Source of the DNA: Octopus sinensis
Taxonomy: Eukaryota
Length of the DNA: 64,000 bases
Direction: 5' to 3'
NCBI RefSeq assembly: GCF_006345805.1
Contig: NC_042999.1
Coordinates: 113,584,001 to 113,648,000, forward strand
Shown here: piece by piece, positions 48,621 to 61,909 of the stretch
Numbering within the stretch: the first letter of the stretch is position 1
Layout of the letters: every line of letters starts with the position of its first letter
Translations under genes and position numbers: made by a program
The notes under the pieces: model-generated
What the model was told of the DNA's origin: nothing
Databases searched by the model: none
Seen by the model: only the letters and a program-made list of their open reading frames with translations

Positions 48621-49350
48621 GTTTGTGCTAACAGATTTACATTTAACTGGGGAAAATTTTCAATGTATGCTTGTGGATAATTACATTGCAAGTCCTTCTG
48701 GTTTTATATCATATGCAGTCAAAAATAATTTTTTTTTTTTTCCATAATCTGAAAATGATGCTATTTTAACAGTTTAGTACGATTTAGATATAAACTTAGA
48801 TTTGTGATGTGCCCTAGGACTCATAAGGCTGGAGATTGACCCAGTTTCCATGACATAAAAGTGACTGAGATTGCAATACTCACCCTTGAATAAGATGCTG
48901 ATCTGTCACAAGGTTAACTTCACAGCTATTGCTGAAACTCATTTACAGCTTAGTAGTCTGGTGAAATACGAAATGAAGAGTTTTGTTGAAGAATACCATG
49001 CACTGCCTTGTTTGGGAATTGAAACCATGTGTTCATGATCAGGAATGCAACACCCTAACCACTCAGCAATGTAAAGACAAGGTTTTTTTTTTGCTAATGA
49101 TTGGCCAGTTTTGGTTGTCTACAGTCATGTCAACACTATGTATATGATATGTCGGTTCAATACCAATGTATCTTTGTCTGGTTGATGTTGCTTTCGGTCA
49201 TTTTCATCACTTCTGGTACAATGAAAAAAACTCATACAAACATTACAAATGAATAAGATCAGATTGTTTGTTCTGTGGAAGTAATAATAATAATGATAAT
49301 AATAATAATAATATTTTAAAAGGATTGGCGTAACTCTTCATGAAGGTAAA

Positions 49351-49555
49351 TAGACAATATGAAGAGCATGGTGTGATTGCAATAGATATTTTATTGGTTT
49401 GAACGATATTTCAACAGCTTGCCTGTCTTTGTTGAGTTCAAAATGAAAAGTGATACACAGAAATTCAAAATTATATGAATGCGAAACTCCTGCATTTCCA
49501 TGTTGACAGAATGACATCATCAGTGTTCAATTATCAATTTTACAACTGGCAAAAG
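49351..49555 (+). repeat. ~205-bp arm, inverted copy at 52723-52928
   Basis: TAGACAATAT...CAATAGATATTTTATTGGTTTGAA...GTGATACACAGA...TGACAGAATGACATCATCAGT...GGCAAAAG. Confidence 0.85.
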
Positions 49556-50233
49556 GAAAAGGAAAGAAAGAAACAAATAGAAAGCAACAGAAGAAAAAGA
49601 AAATGAAGACCAATATTTAGTCAAACAGTTTTGTGTAAATATGATGAAATTCCCCTGTCATTTTATTCATTCCTTCAAGGCATGATGTTAATAACTCATA
49701 TATTTGTTCTCATGCCTTTTGAGAACTGAACGTGTAGTAGATTCAGAATATTTTCTGAGAATATGCACTTTCAAGTTTTTTTTTTCAATATTGCAGCCAT
49801 TTGATGTAAAATGTTAAGCAAATTCTGTCAAACTACTGCTATTGTGCCTGATGTCATACATGTGTCCATTGAATCTTTTTATTGTTTTGTTGTACAACTA
49901 ACATAAATCAAGTTGTTTTTGGTGCATTCTGCTCCATACACCAAATGGGAATCTCTATACATCCCACATTTCTGTTATGATTCCTGATGGACAGGGCTTA
50001 CCTCTCGTGCAGCTATTTTTCAAAGTACAGCATTCAGAAACTCCAATGTTAATTTTCTTGGAGTCAGAAGTAGAGGTTAATAGCTCTCATATTTTTTTTC
50101 TATCTAATGGCTACAATAGGTGCCTGAGGGAATATTTGTTTGAAATGAGGATATTTTTCTGCAACATGCTGGTAACTTTCATGTAATACTTTTGAAATGC
50201 TAGCAAAATTTTGGTGCCAATTAACCACTATTG

Positions 50234-52682
50234 CAGGGATGTCCAACTTTTTTCCTAGTGGGCCAAATTATGAATTTAAGTATATTTACCAGGCCACAAA
50301 GGTACTTAGATATAAACTTTTAAAAAGTTCAAAATATAGGGAATAAAAGTTTTTAATAACAAATATAAATACAAAATAATGTGCTATTGATAGTAAAATG
50401 AAATTACACTTACACAAAATAAAATCAATGTGATTTTTAGCATTACTTTCCTTTTATGATATTTTCAAGATTTACTTTTATGGTACTATGCTTTCCTCTA
50501 AGAATGTTAGCTAAATGGCAATCACTCAGCCTATTTCTTTCAGCAGTTTTGATGTTTTTCACATGCAAAAAGAATTGTTCACAGCAGTATGTAGTACCCC
50601 ACATGCACAATAGTTTTCTAGCTAAATTGGCAATCTGATCAAATTCATTGAAAGAAAGTAATTTCTTATAAAAGTCAAGAAGAGTATAGTCTCTATAAGT
50701 TTTCAAAGATTCTCTATTTTGAAGCTTAATGAATTCTAGCTGGTATTTGACTGATGCTTCCAAAAAAATAAATGAAAATGGAGCATTCAACAATTTTAGT
50801 TCAGTTTCTATCTTTCTGAAGTCAGAAATTCTGGTTGTAAAATCTTCTACCAAAGCTTCACATAATTTAGTGTATTTTTCAAAGTTCACAGGAAATTATT
50901 CTTGTCTTTTAGATAAATTCTGAAAACGTACAATTTCTCCACCCTTCAACTGTATTGTGAAAAGTTCTAATTTTTTAGTAAAATTTGTTATTCAGTCAAA
51001 CATTGAACAACATAACTGCTCTTTTCCTTGTAAATGCAAATTAAGCCCAGCTAACATTTCAGTGATACCTGCTAAGAAGGACAGATCATTCAACCATTCT
51101 TCATTTGCTAAGAAATCTACATTTTGCTTTTTGTTTTGTATGAACTATTTTATTTCAGGCAACAATAACTGAAATCTATTCAAAGTTGCTGCTTGACTGA
51201 ACCATCTGATTTTTGGGAAATAAAAAACATCCTTATACTCACTGCCAACTTCTACCAAGAATGCTTTGAATGTATGAGGGTTCAAATCCCGAGACCTGAT
51301 AGAATTAACAACTGTTTCATATTTAATTTTTGAGCACATAATTGCTGTTGATGAATCAAGCAATGATAGCTAAGTATATCATGATCAACCATTTCTTTGA
51401 ATAAAGCAATAAACCCATTATTTTTACCAGTTACTGCAGGAGCACCATCAGTTGTAATCGAATTAATTTTATTTCTATCAACATTGAACTTTGCAAATGA
51501 TAAATTAAGTTTCCCTTGTTATGTTGCTACCAGTTGTTGTACCCTTCATATGGCACATGTCCAACATTTCTTCAATGATAATAAAATTGGCATCAATTCC
51601 TCTGGTGGAAATAACCAATTGTGCAATGTCACTTTGATCAGTACTTTCATCCAATGCTAAACTGTAACGAACACATTTAGATAATTGACTCTGCAATGTT
51701 TCCACAATATTGTCAACTAAGTCATCAATTCGTCTACCACTTGTCTGTTGCGACAGACTTGTTTCATTAAATAAGTCACCTTCTCAGGACAATATTCATT
51801 AAAAGCAATTACAATGCATTCTTTTATTAATTCACCATCTATCAGTGCCTTACCCTTCTAAGCCAATTTTTAAGCTATTAAATAACTAATTTTTGTACAT
51901 GTACCAGTTTTCTCAACATGTTTTTTGAAATTGTTTTGTTGTGAACTAAGCTTCTTCTTTCCTTCTTCCTTCATTTAATTCATTATATTGTGACTCATGT
52001 TTGGCAGCATAGTGACATTTAATATTATATTCCTTGCATACAGCAATTTTACCATTACATATGAGACAGATAATATTATTGCATGTTTCAATTACAAAAT
52101 ATTTTTCTGTCCATAGGATATTGAATTTTCTCTTTACTTCTGTTATTTTTCTCTTCTTATTATCAGATGTCATGACTAAATAATGGGCAATTAAAATTAA
52201 CAATTAAAATTATTACGTGATCATGCTGATATTAATATTCCAGAAATCAGAAACAAATAAAGAATAAATAGGATCTTCCTCATAAAGCATTAGCATTAGG
52301 CTTAGCCTAGACTAGAAACACTGAAGTCACTATCACTTGACATTGTAAACAGGGTTAGGAAATAACACAATCAATATTGATCCAACCGCAAAAGATTTGA
52401 AACTGAAACCATAGTTGTTAATTATACATCAACAAAATGGCTGACTCTATGATGTAGAGTCAGCCATTCTACGTCATAAACCCCACAGCCTCCCTCGTTT
52501 TACCTCCTTCTATTGAGGTTTTCATTGGTCCATTCAAAATAGCACACTCCGAAAAAAATTTTTTCATACAATATCAAAGTAAATGAAAATATAACTAGAA
52601 AATAACACGTAGAATTAGAATCGCCAATGGGCCACATGAAAATATTAAGTGGGCCACAATGCAGCCCATGGGTTAGACATCA
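50234..52682 (-). mobile_element. hAT transposon (Buster/SPIN, GTF2IRD2-like), degenerate
   Basis: BED-like CLICNGKIAVCKEYNIKCHY; YSLALDESTD; KIRWFS; LCMWGTTYCCEQFF; TIR CAGGGATGTCCAAC / GTTAGACAT. Confidence 0.9.
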
Positions 52683-52722
52683 AAACTGTTTGACTAATAT
52701 TATTCTTCTTTTTCTTTTTCTT

Positions 52723-52928
52723 CTTTTGCCAATTGCAAAATTGATAATTGAAGACTGATGATGTCATTCTGTCAACGTGGGAACAAAGAAGTTTTTGTGT
52801 TCATATAATTTTGAATCTCTGTGTATCACTTTTCCTTTTGAACTTGATAAAGATAAGCAAGCTGTTGAAATATCATTCAAACCAATAAAATATCTATTGC
52901 AATCACATTGCACTCTTTATATTGTCTA
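52723..52928 (-). repeat. ~205-bp arm, inverted copy of 49351-49555
   Basis: Reverse complement aligns along its length with scattered substitutions. Confidence 0.85.
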
Positions 52929-52952
52929 ATAATAATGATGATGATGATGATG

Positions 52953-55300
52953 AAAGTCAACAGTTCTGGGGTAAGATATGAAGTAAGCAAGAACAACATA
53001 ATACTGCAGCTGAATGATCTGCCACATGAAGTAAACAGATTCTTATCCCCAGCAAGAGGCTATCCACTTCACAGAAGACATTATTAGAAAAGTGAATAAA
53101 ATGTACAGGGATTTTGAATAAAAAAAAGTTCAGTATCTGCCATAAATTGATCACAGAGTAATTTAATGCAATGATTGATGGAGAGGAAGAAATCCCAGGT
53201 TGGCTGACAAAAGGTCAAACAGTGTTGTATCTGAAGGATGCACCAAAAGGAAATGCTGCCAACAATTACAGGCCAATTTTTTGCTTCCTGTTATTGTGGA
53301 AATTACTGTCAGGAGGAATTGCAGAAGAACTGTGTAAATTTCTTGATGTGAATGGTATGTTACAGACGGAATAAAAAGGTTGCAGAAGGAAATGCAGAAG
53401 TATCAAATACCAATTATTGATAAACAAAATGGTAATGCAAGATTGTAAATGAAGAACAAATTTGGGAATGGCCTGGACTATCACAACGCTTATGATGAGA
53501 TTCCATGTTCGTGGATCATTGAGTGCTTAGATTTGTTTGGAATTGTGAGAAATGTAATGCGTTTTCTGAAGAGATGTATGGTGGGGTGGAAAACTGAGTT
53601 GACATCTCACGGAAAAAGCTTGGGCACCCTGGGCATTAGAAGAAAGATTTTCCAGGGTGATAACTTACCTCCATTGCTTTTTGTTCTCTGCATGATCCCT
53701 CTGACTTTGGTACTTAGGAAACTGAACCTGGGATATCAGTTAAAGGGAAAATCTCAAACAATCAACCACCTCCACTTCATGGATGATTTGAAGTTGCAAG
53801 GCAAGGATGAGGTACAAGTGAGTTCCTTAGTGAACATGGTCCACTGTCTTAGTGCTGATATTAGAATGGAATTCAGACTCAAGAATTGCCGAATAGTGTA
53901 CCTAAAAAGAGGCAAAGTACAGTCCCTAGCAGGGATAGAATTGCAATGGAAGGCTACAAATACCTTGGCATACTAGAGTTCAACAAGATAATGGAGAAGG
54001 AAATGAAAGTGTTACTGAGGATAGAATATTTCTGAAGACTAAGATTGGTGTTGTACTCAAAATTGACCAGATAGAATAAAATCCAAGCAGTTAATACATG
54101 GGTGATAGCATCACTTTGGTATGGAGCTGGAATCATAAAATGGCAAAAGAAAGAACTGATGAACATGGATACAAAGGCAAGAAAAATGTTGACAGTTCAC
54201 AGAGCCTTCCCTCCTAAGAGTGATACTAATAGGCTGTACTTGTCCAGAAGAAAGGATGGAGAGGTTTAATCAGCTGCCAGGATTGTATCAAAGCAGAAGA
54301 AAACAGCTTAGGGTGGTATGTAAAAAATACTGTGGAATCATTGTTGAAACATGTGAAGAAGCATGTGAAGAAGGCTGGTGTCATTAAAACTGATAATTGT
54401 GTAAAGAAAGAAAAGCTTAAAGAGGAAAAGAACATAAAAAAGAAACATCATGGAAGGGGGAAAATGTACAATCAGTTTGCAAGAAATACAAATGTCAAGA
54501 CAGATACAGAAGACCAGTAGCTATGGATGAGGAGGAGTGACCTGAAGATAGAGAGAGATGCACTTATAAGCACAGCTCAAGAACAAGCATTAAGGACTAA
54601 CTGTGAAATGCAGAACTGACAACACTACAAACAGTGGTAAATGCAGAATGTGTGGTAAGAGGGGTGAAATTATATGGCACATTGTTAGTGAATGCCCGAA
54701 ATTGACACAATGAGAATACAAAAGGTGCTATGACAATGTGGCAAGAATGATCCATTGGGAGCTCTGTGGAAATCACAGCCTACAAAAAGCAAAGATGTGG
54801 TATGAAAAAATACTGGAAGGAGTCACCGAGAATGAAAATTGCAAAATCCTGTGGGATACAATGATTCAGTGCAATCACCTGACCAAACATCGGAAACTGG
54901 ACATTGTGGTGGAAATTGTCATGCATATAATCAACATAGCATGTCCCAGTGACAACAGGATCAAAGAAAAAGAAGAAAAACTGAACAACTATGGCAACTT
55001 GAAGAGGGAAATACGAAGGTTGTGGTCAATGAGGAGAGTTGATGTGATACCAATAGTAACTGGCACACTTGGAAGTACCAGCACCCAACTACCATCATAG
55101 CTCTAAAAGATTGGTACAAATGCAAATGTAGAACACCTACAAAAATCAGCATTGCTTGGAACTGCAAAAATTCTTCACTGGGTTCTTGAAGCATGACCAG
55201 TAAACAAGTGTCGCCATAGTCTGCTGGCTGTGGACAGCTGACACTTTCCATCATACCCAGTAAAATAAGTTGTAAGTTTGCATCAAATGATGATAATAAT
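52953..55300 (+). mobile_element. R4/Dong-clade non-LTR retrotransposon (RT, CCHC, RLE), 5'-truncated
   Basis: NYRPIFC, DYHNAYD, IFQGDNLPPLLFVL, HLHFMDDLKL, CRMCGKRGEIIWHIVSECP, KLDIVV..IINIACP, IPIVTGTLG; bounded by (TAA/TGA)n on both sides. Confidence 0.9.
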
Positions 55301-55929
55301 AACCCTTTCTGCTATAGGCACAAGGTCTGAAATTTTGGGGGAGGGAGCCAGTCAATTACATTGACCCCAGTACACAACTGATACTTAATTTATTGACCCT
55401 AAAAGGATGAAAGGCAAAGTTGATCGCCACAGAATTTGAAATCAAAATGTACAGACAGACAAAATGTCACTAATAGAGGCACAAAGCTTGAAACTTTGGG
55501 AGAGTGGATAGTTGATAACATGAACCCTCAGTGCTCAGCTGACCCTTATTTTATTGACCCTGAAAGAATGAAAAGGCACAGCTGAACTTAGAGGAATTTG
55601 AACTCCAAACATAAAGACAGAAGAAATGTGGAAAGGTAATGATCTTGCCAACTTGCCACCTTAATAATGATAATGGTGGATTCTCCCATCAAAGACAATG
55701 TATGAGCATTCAGCTTTTGCTGAACAACCTGCACAAATGATTAGTTTGTAGTGATCAAATGCATGTGCTGTACATTAGCTCACTCCTTCCATCTAATTGA
55801 TGTTACCTAAACAGGTGCATGGTGTGCCATGCGACAGGTGTTGAAGTGATTGCAGAGTAATGTGAGATGAAGTGTTTTGATCAAGAACACAACACACCAC
55901 CTGTAAGTTGATTACATTGACCTCAGTGT

Positions 55930-57240
55930 TCATCATCATCATCATTTAACATCTATGTCCCATGCTAGCATGGGTTAGATGATTTGATAGGATCCTCTAA
56001 GTCCAAGGGCTGTATCAAGCTCCAATATCAGCTTTGGCAGAATGCCTTTCCAAATGCCAACCACTTTACAGTGTGGATCAGGTGCTTTTTTTCATGCATC
56101 AGCATTATTGAAGTTCACAGGACGAATCCTGGAAGAGGTGGTGGTGAGCTTCATACTAGGGGATGACAGGATTACTATGAGAGGGGAAGGGCAGAGCAAA
56201 TTCTTGCAAAGAGATCTGAATGGTGACACACATCTGGTAGGAGAAAAAAGGGGGAGGAAAGAAAAAGAGAACATGATCAGAAGCTGCAAGACATAATTGC
56301 GATATGGTGCCCAAATGGCTCCACAAGACACAAGCTGAGAAAAAAATGGGTGGTTGCAAGATTGTCTGGGGAAGTGAATAAGGGAGGGGTGGCAGGGGGA
56401 AAGGTTCAAGAGTAGGTGAAACAAGAACTATGAACTGGGGAAAGTAGAGGGATGCAGGAGAGTGGCAGCATTAAGCAGTGGTAACGATCATACAGTTACT
56501 GTGGGGTGGGAGTGGGGGCAAGAAAGATGTGATATAGTTAGGTAGTATGTGAAGTCAGGGTGGAGAGGGAAGTGGTAGGACATAATGCATGAAGTGGGAG
56601 GAGAGTCATTGTAACAGGTGGAGAATCCAAAACAACACTTCAAGAACTCAGTTTTGTTGATGAGGGGGGAGTCTTTTTGAGAACCTCATATCACCAGAGA
56701 CCCTTGTCCTGTGTCATCTCATCTGTCAGGCTCAGGGCCTTGAGGTCAGCTTCCACCTATTCCTCTCATTTTTCTTGGTCTTCCTCTTCCACAGGTTCCA
56801 GTCACATTATGCAAGCAATACTTCTTCCTACAGCTGTCCTCATCCATATACATCACATGTCTATAGCAGCACAGTCTTCTTTCTTGAACACAACATCTGA
56901 TTCTTCTTATACCCAGTTTTTTATTCAGCACCTTTGTACAAATTCTTTTATGTACACTCATGTTGCACATCCAATAGAGCATGCTCACTTCATTTCTTTC
57001 CAGTCTTCTCAAATCCTCTGCATTCAAGGCTCATGTCTCACTATCATGCAGCATTGCAGTTCTAATACAAGCCAGGAATAACAGTTTATTCTTAGCCAGG
57101 TATTTCTCCAGCAGTTGTCTTGCTAGGAAGATATGCATTTGTGATGCCTCTTCCGGGCACAAAGCCAAACAGCATCTGTTCCAGGTCAACTCTGTCACAG
57201 ATCAGCTGGGCTATGACATTCTCTGTGACCTTCGTAACTT
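55930..57240 (-). mobile_element. RTE LINE 3' fragment, internally deleted, with 3'UTR and (GAT)n tail
   Basis: RVDLEQMLFGFVPGRG...AEDLRRLERNEVSMLYWMCN...VQERRL...GTCGRGRP. Confidence 0.8.
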
Positions 57241-57618
57241 GGACTAAAAGTTTAATTCTTCTACAGTTACTTCAATTAGTACCTCTTTTATTGAACCTGA
57301 AAGAACGAATGGCATAGTTGACCTCAGTGCTGTGCTAAACCTTACCAAACATTTTATCTGACACTCTCATAATCCTGCTAATGCATAACTCTAGTATTAA
57401 TAATTACCAAGAAAGTCCCAGACCAGAAACTGAGAGCAAAGGGGAGGGTTTTTTAAACTGTTCCATGCCATATAAACCAGTATTACTGAACCTGGAAAGA
57501 TGAAAGTCAAAGTTGACTTAAACAAGATTTGAACACATCCCCAAACATTTTTTTTTTTTTTACTAAGAGTCAGACATTTGTGAAGAAGGGAAATTAGTTA
57601 ATAGAATTTACTTTGGTG

Positions 57619-58778
57619 TTTTGGGTTGACTAAAAAGTCCATTTGTTTTTTGTTATGTTCTTTTTTTTTTGTCAAAACTTCATGTACACTATTAAGTAGC
57701 TAACTACAATCTGACCCTTGTGTATGCACACTAGCTAGATACTTGACACTTCAACGTAGTTCAAAACAAACTTGTGACAAAACATGTATTTTGTGTGCTT
57801 GGGATCACCCTTCATAGTGAAATGAAACAAACATTATTGACACCTTATGCTTTTTTATTTTAAAAGAGGCAATAAAGCAATGGAAATTGGCAGGAAGATA
57901 TGCACAATGTACGGAGAGGATGTTGTTATGGAACATTTATACCAGAAATGGTTCTCATAGTTTTGATCAGGAAATTTTGGGGCTCAAGATGCACCACACA
58001 CTGGTTGGCTAACTGAGATTAAAAGTGACATGAACCATCATTATATGATCAGGATGATTGCAGATAACGAAATCAAGTATTGGAAACCATCTGCATCAAC
58101 TTGGATACATCAGCAGGGGCTTGACTTCTGCATCCCACATCAATTAATGAGGCAAATTTTGTCCAACAGATTTCTATTTGTAATTTGTTGCAAGAACATG
58201 ATGAAAACAATCCTTTTTACAAGAGAATGGTGACAAGAGATGAAAAATGGATCATCTATAACAATGTAAAGCATGCATAATCATGGAGAAAGTGTAGCAA
58301 ATCATCACAAAAATCTACCAAATTAGGACTTCACCCAGAGTTGATTATGCTTTCACTTTAATTGGTAGGGTTATTGTCTTTTAGGAGCTTCTTCCCAGAC
58401 AGGACCATCAACTTGGCTGTGTACTGTGACCAGCTGGTCTCACTAAATGCAGTGATCTACCAGAAGCATCTAGCACAAGGGTATTGTCTTTCATCACAAT
58501 TGTAACAGACCACACATTTCTTTACAGATGCAGAAGAAGTTTGAGTGGGAAATTTTGCAGCACCCTCCATATTTACATGACTTTGTGCCTCCAAATTCCC
58601 ACCAGTTTTGGTCTCTTCAAAATGCATTGAGGGTTAGGGTTAGAAAAACCATCAACTCAGAAGGGGATGTAAGAATTCACCTGGAAGAGCATTTTATTAA
58701 TTGAATAAATCACTTTATGTTTAAAATTTGAGTCTTATTTTCACTTAAAAAAACCCAGACGTTTTGGCCAACCCAATA
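57619..58778 (+). mobile_element. Mariner transposon, full-length but degenerate
   Basis: TIR TTGGGTTGACTAAAAAG / GTTTTGGCCAACCCAATA; MVTRDEKWIIYNN and WEILQHPPYLHDFVPP motifs (DD34D type). Confidence 0.85.
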
Positions 58779-59589
58779 TGTAAAGTTTTATGCTTTATCA
58801 ACTTCAGTTTATTACTTGTTTATTAGTTTCAAGTCACAGAACTGTAGCCATGCTGGAGCACCACGTTCTAATGTTTTGATATTTTGTTAAACCTAGTACT
58901 TGTTTCTTCAATCTCCATTTATCAAATGGCTCTTGCCTTTTGATATGAAAAGGATGCAATTCAACACATCAGCGTAATACAATAATACACACACATTGCC
59001 TAGTGTTCAGGATGTTGCACTCAAGATCATAAGATTGCGGTTTTGATTCCTATATTTGGTAGTGTGTTGTGTTCTTAAGCAAAACAGTTCATTTTGTACT
59101 ATGTTGTGATTACTTCAAGACTTGATGTGTGGTATGCCATGCACCTGTTCAGGTAATGTTGATTTGATGAAGGGAGTGAACTTATGTACAAATGTATAAA
59201 CAAATTCTCTGTGAAAATTATTTTGCAGAACCTTCGCCTGTCATCTACAACAGGAGAGTCCACGATGTGTGTGTGTGTGCGTGCTGCAGTAAAATACATT
59301 TTACCCAAGTTACAACACTGCAGGATCAAATCTGAACCCATGTGGCTACAGAGCACACTTCAAAAACCACATGGCTATGCTTGCACAAATTTTACTGGAT
59401 CACATCTACTTCTTTCATTGACTCTCAAATAATAAAAAAATAAAGTCAATCCTGGCAGGGTTAGAACTCAGAAGAAAGAGAAATGAAATTAAACAATGTA
59501 AAACACTCACTCTGATGTTTAATGGTATTCACTCATCATTCCTATCCAAGTATTTAATTCATCTATTCCACACGTTTGCACATTAGGTG

Positions 59590-60030
59590 GAAGTTCTCCT
59601 CTCATCCTCTACATCAGTTGTATACTCTTCTATTTCCTTCCAGTTTCTATTGACACCCTTTAGGTCCTCCTGAAATCTTTTGAACAATTGTAGCCATTGA
59701 TCTTCTTCCTGTTGGTGCTTTTCTCAATGCTTATTTCGCATATCAATGACCTGGCTGTTGCACAACATAACCAGCCAGCCAGCCAGCCACGTTCATTGTT
59801 TTGTAACTGTCATGAAGTCCCATATCTTCATTTCTGGTATAATCATCTACAAAAATCTGTGCAATGATGGGCATGCTGAAATTCATGTTAAATGTTGAAC
59901 AGTATTTCAACAAATGTTCAAAATCTGGTCCATGATCAGTCAACACTAACATTAAGAGTTATCTGTATAATGCCATTGTGTCACCAACAGTAGCACAGGC
60001 CAACAAAATGTGAGCTAGTGGGAATACAAA
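59590..60030 (-). mobile_element. Degenerate RTE 3' end
   Basis: GWLAGYVVQQPGH*YAK*ALRKAPTGRR...FQEDLKGVNRNWKEIEE resembles the RTE R(W)AGHV..RGRP..W region. Confidence 0.55.
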
Positions 60031-60415
60031 AATTAAAAAGTCAAATGTCTTTCACATAAGGTGTTTCAGTAAAGTTCTGAGATTCCATATTCTAATATTA
60101 ATGTAACTTATTTTGCATTAATTCAAGACTTCACATTTTACACAGTGAGATGTAAATGATTAAATGAGCTTTCTTACCAATCATGTACTTAACCTGGGAG
60201 GATGAGATGCAGAATTGATGACAGTGGGAATTAAAATATAAAATTACAGGAAAGTATGCAAAACATGCAGTAGTATTATATATAAATCCTAAGCACTTTC
60301 TAACCAATGAACAAGGCCATAAGTATATTTTCAAAAGGAAGGATTTAGTCAATCAAATTGAACTCAATATTGACTAGCATTTTGTTTTATCTTACACTGT
60401 TTATTTTGTCTGCAG

Positions 60416-60463
60416 TAACCACATCTGGTCTTCTTACTTCAATAGTATGGTCACTCTTCATGG
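60416..60463 (+). CDS. Exon candidate F (48 nt)
   Basis: Strong acceptor tttattttgtctgcag and consensus donor TGG|gtaagt; open phases TTSGLLTSIVWSLFM or NHIWSSYFNSMVTLH. Confidence 0.45.
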
Positions 60464-61384
60464 GTAAGTCCTATAAGATCCTGTAATTTTCATTTTGCAA
60501 CAGCCTTTATTATTATTATTTAACAATGTCATACTGCTAGAATTTGTTTTTCTTTTTTTGGAGTCACTTAAAAACACATTCCTGACTAATATATAAGGGT
60601 AGTGATGGGATTTGACTTTGACCAGATCAAGACTTTGAAAGTGAGATGTGTAAAATATTTTATCCAAATACAAAGGAATCTAACTAAATATCATAAGGTA
60701 TTTTATCTCTAGTTTAAGCAAAAATATTACCATTTTCGCTTTAATAGTAATGATTTCTAACATAGTCACAAGACAAAAGGTTTTCAAGGCAGGTATAATT
60801 TGTTTCACAATTCTTTTTGTTGATAACCAACCACTACACTATCATCATCATTTAACATCTGTATTCTATGTTGGCATGTGTTGGATGGTTCGACAGGATC
60901 TTATTATGTGCCAAATAAACTGGTGCCTTCAACAAAAATTGTGTTATTTATTATGACTGATTTTCACAAGCACTCCCTTGCCATTCTTGCTATTGGAAAT
61001 AAAGTGAATGACTGGCATGCTATTATCAACAAAAAAGTGATATAAGATTTTAAAAATAAAATTAATAAGTAATTATTTCTCTTAACTAATATTAAAATAT
61101 TACATAATTCAAGATAACCCAACCTTATAATTCAAATGTTCTGCAAGGGTGGAGGGAGGACATTATCTGACATTTACCTACAAACTGTCAAGTTAGCCTC
61201 TACAGAGTCACTCAACTTTGCAGGCAAATCCCCAGCAAGTCACACTGTACTATCTTAAATCCTTCAAGGAAGTCTTTATGCTTTCATTCATCCATTTACA
61301 TATAGCAATTAAATCTCCTTCAAATAACATGCTATTGATTATTTTTTTAAGAAAGGACACATTTGACAAAATAGTCCAAGTAAA

Positions 61385-61680
61385 AAAACAAATTTTTAAA
61401 TAGTCGTTTAACATCCACTTTCCATGCTAGCATGGGTTGACTGAGGGCTGGCGAACCAGATGGCTGCACCAGGCTCCAATCTTGATCTGGCAGAGTTTCT
61501 ACAGCTGGATGCCCTTCCAAACACCAACCACTCCGAGAGTGTAGTGGGTGCTTTTTACGTGCCACTGGCACGGGGGGGGGGGGCAGTCAGGTGGTGCTGG
61601 CAACGACCTTGCTCGAATCTTTTTACACATGCCACCAGCACAGGTGCCAGTAAGGCAACATTGGTAACGATCACGCTTGA
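61385..61680 (-). mobile_element. RTE 3'UTR fragment
   Basis: Same family as 43240 and 61910. Confidence 0.8.
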
Positions 61681-61909
61681 AACAAATTTTTAAATAGATG
61701 GTCAAGGTTGGAAAACGTTTGCTCATAAGTCAGATTGATCAGGACTGACATGGGAACAAACAGCAACCACATCATCTTTAACAATGTGTATATATGGGTC
61801 TTATAACCAGACTAAGACAATGATTGTTATCAGTTAGCAAGAATCACCATCAAGCAAATATCATCTTGAAAGATATGCAGTCAACATTTGAGAGAGCCAG
61901 CCACTGGAT

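Noticed and set aside
31780-50060. Scattered strong minus-strand donor sites (about 31849, 34765 and 49995)
   Set aside because: Could not be joined into a consistent reading frame; such motifs are expected by chance in 64 kb.
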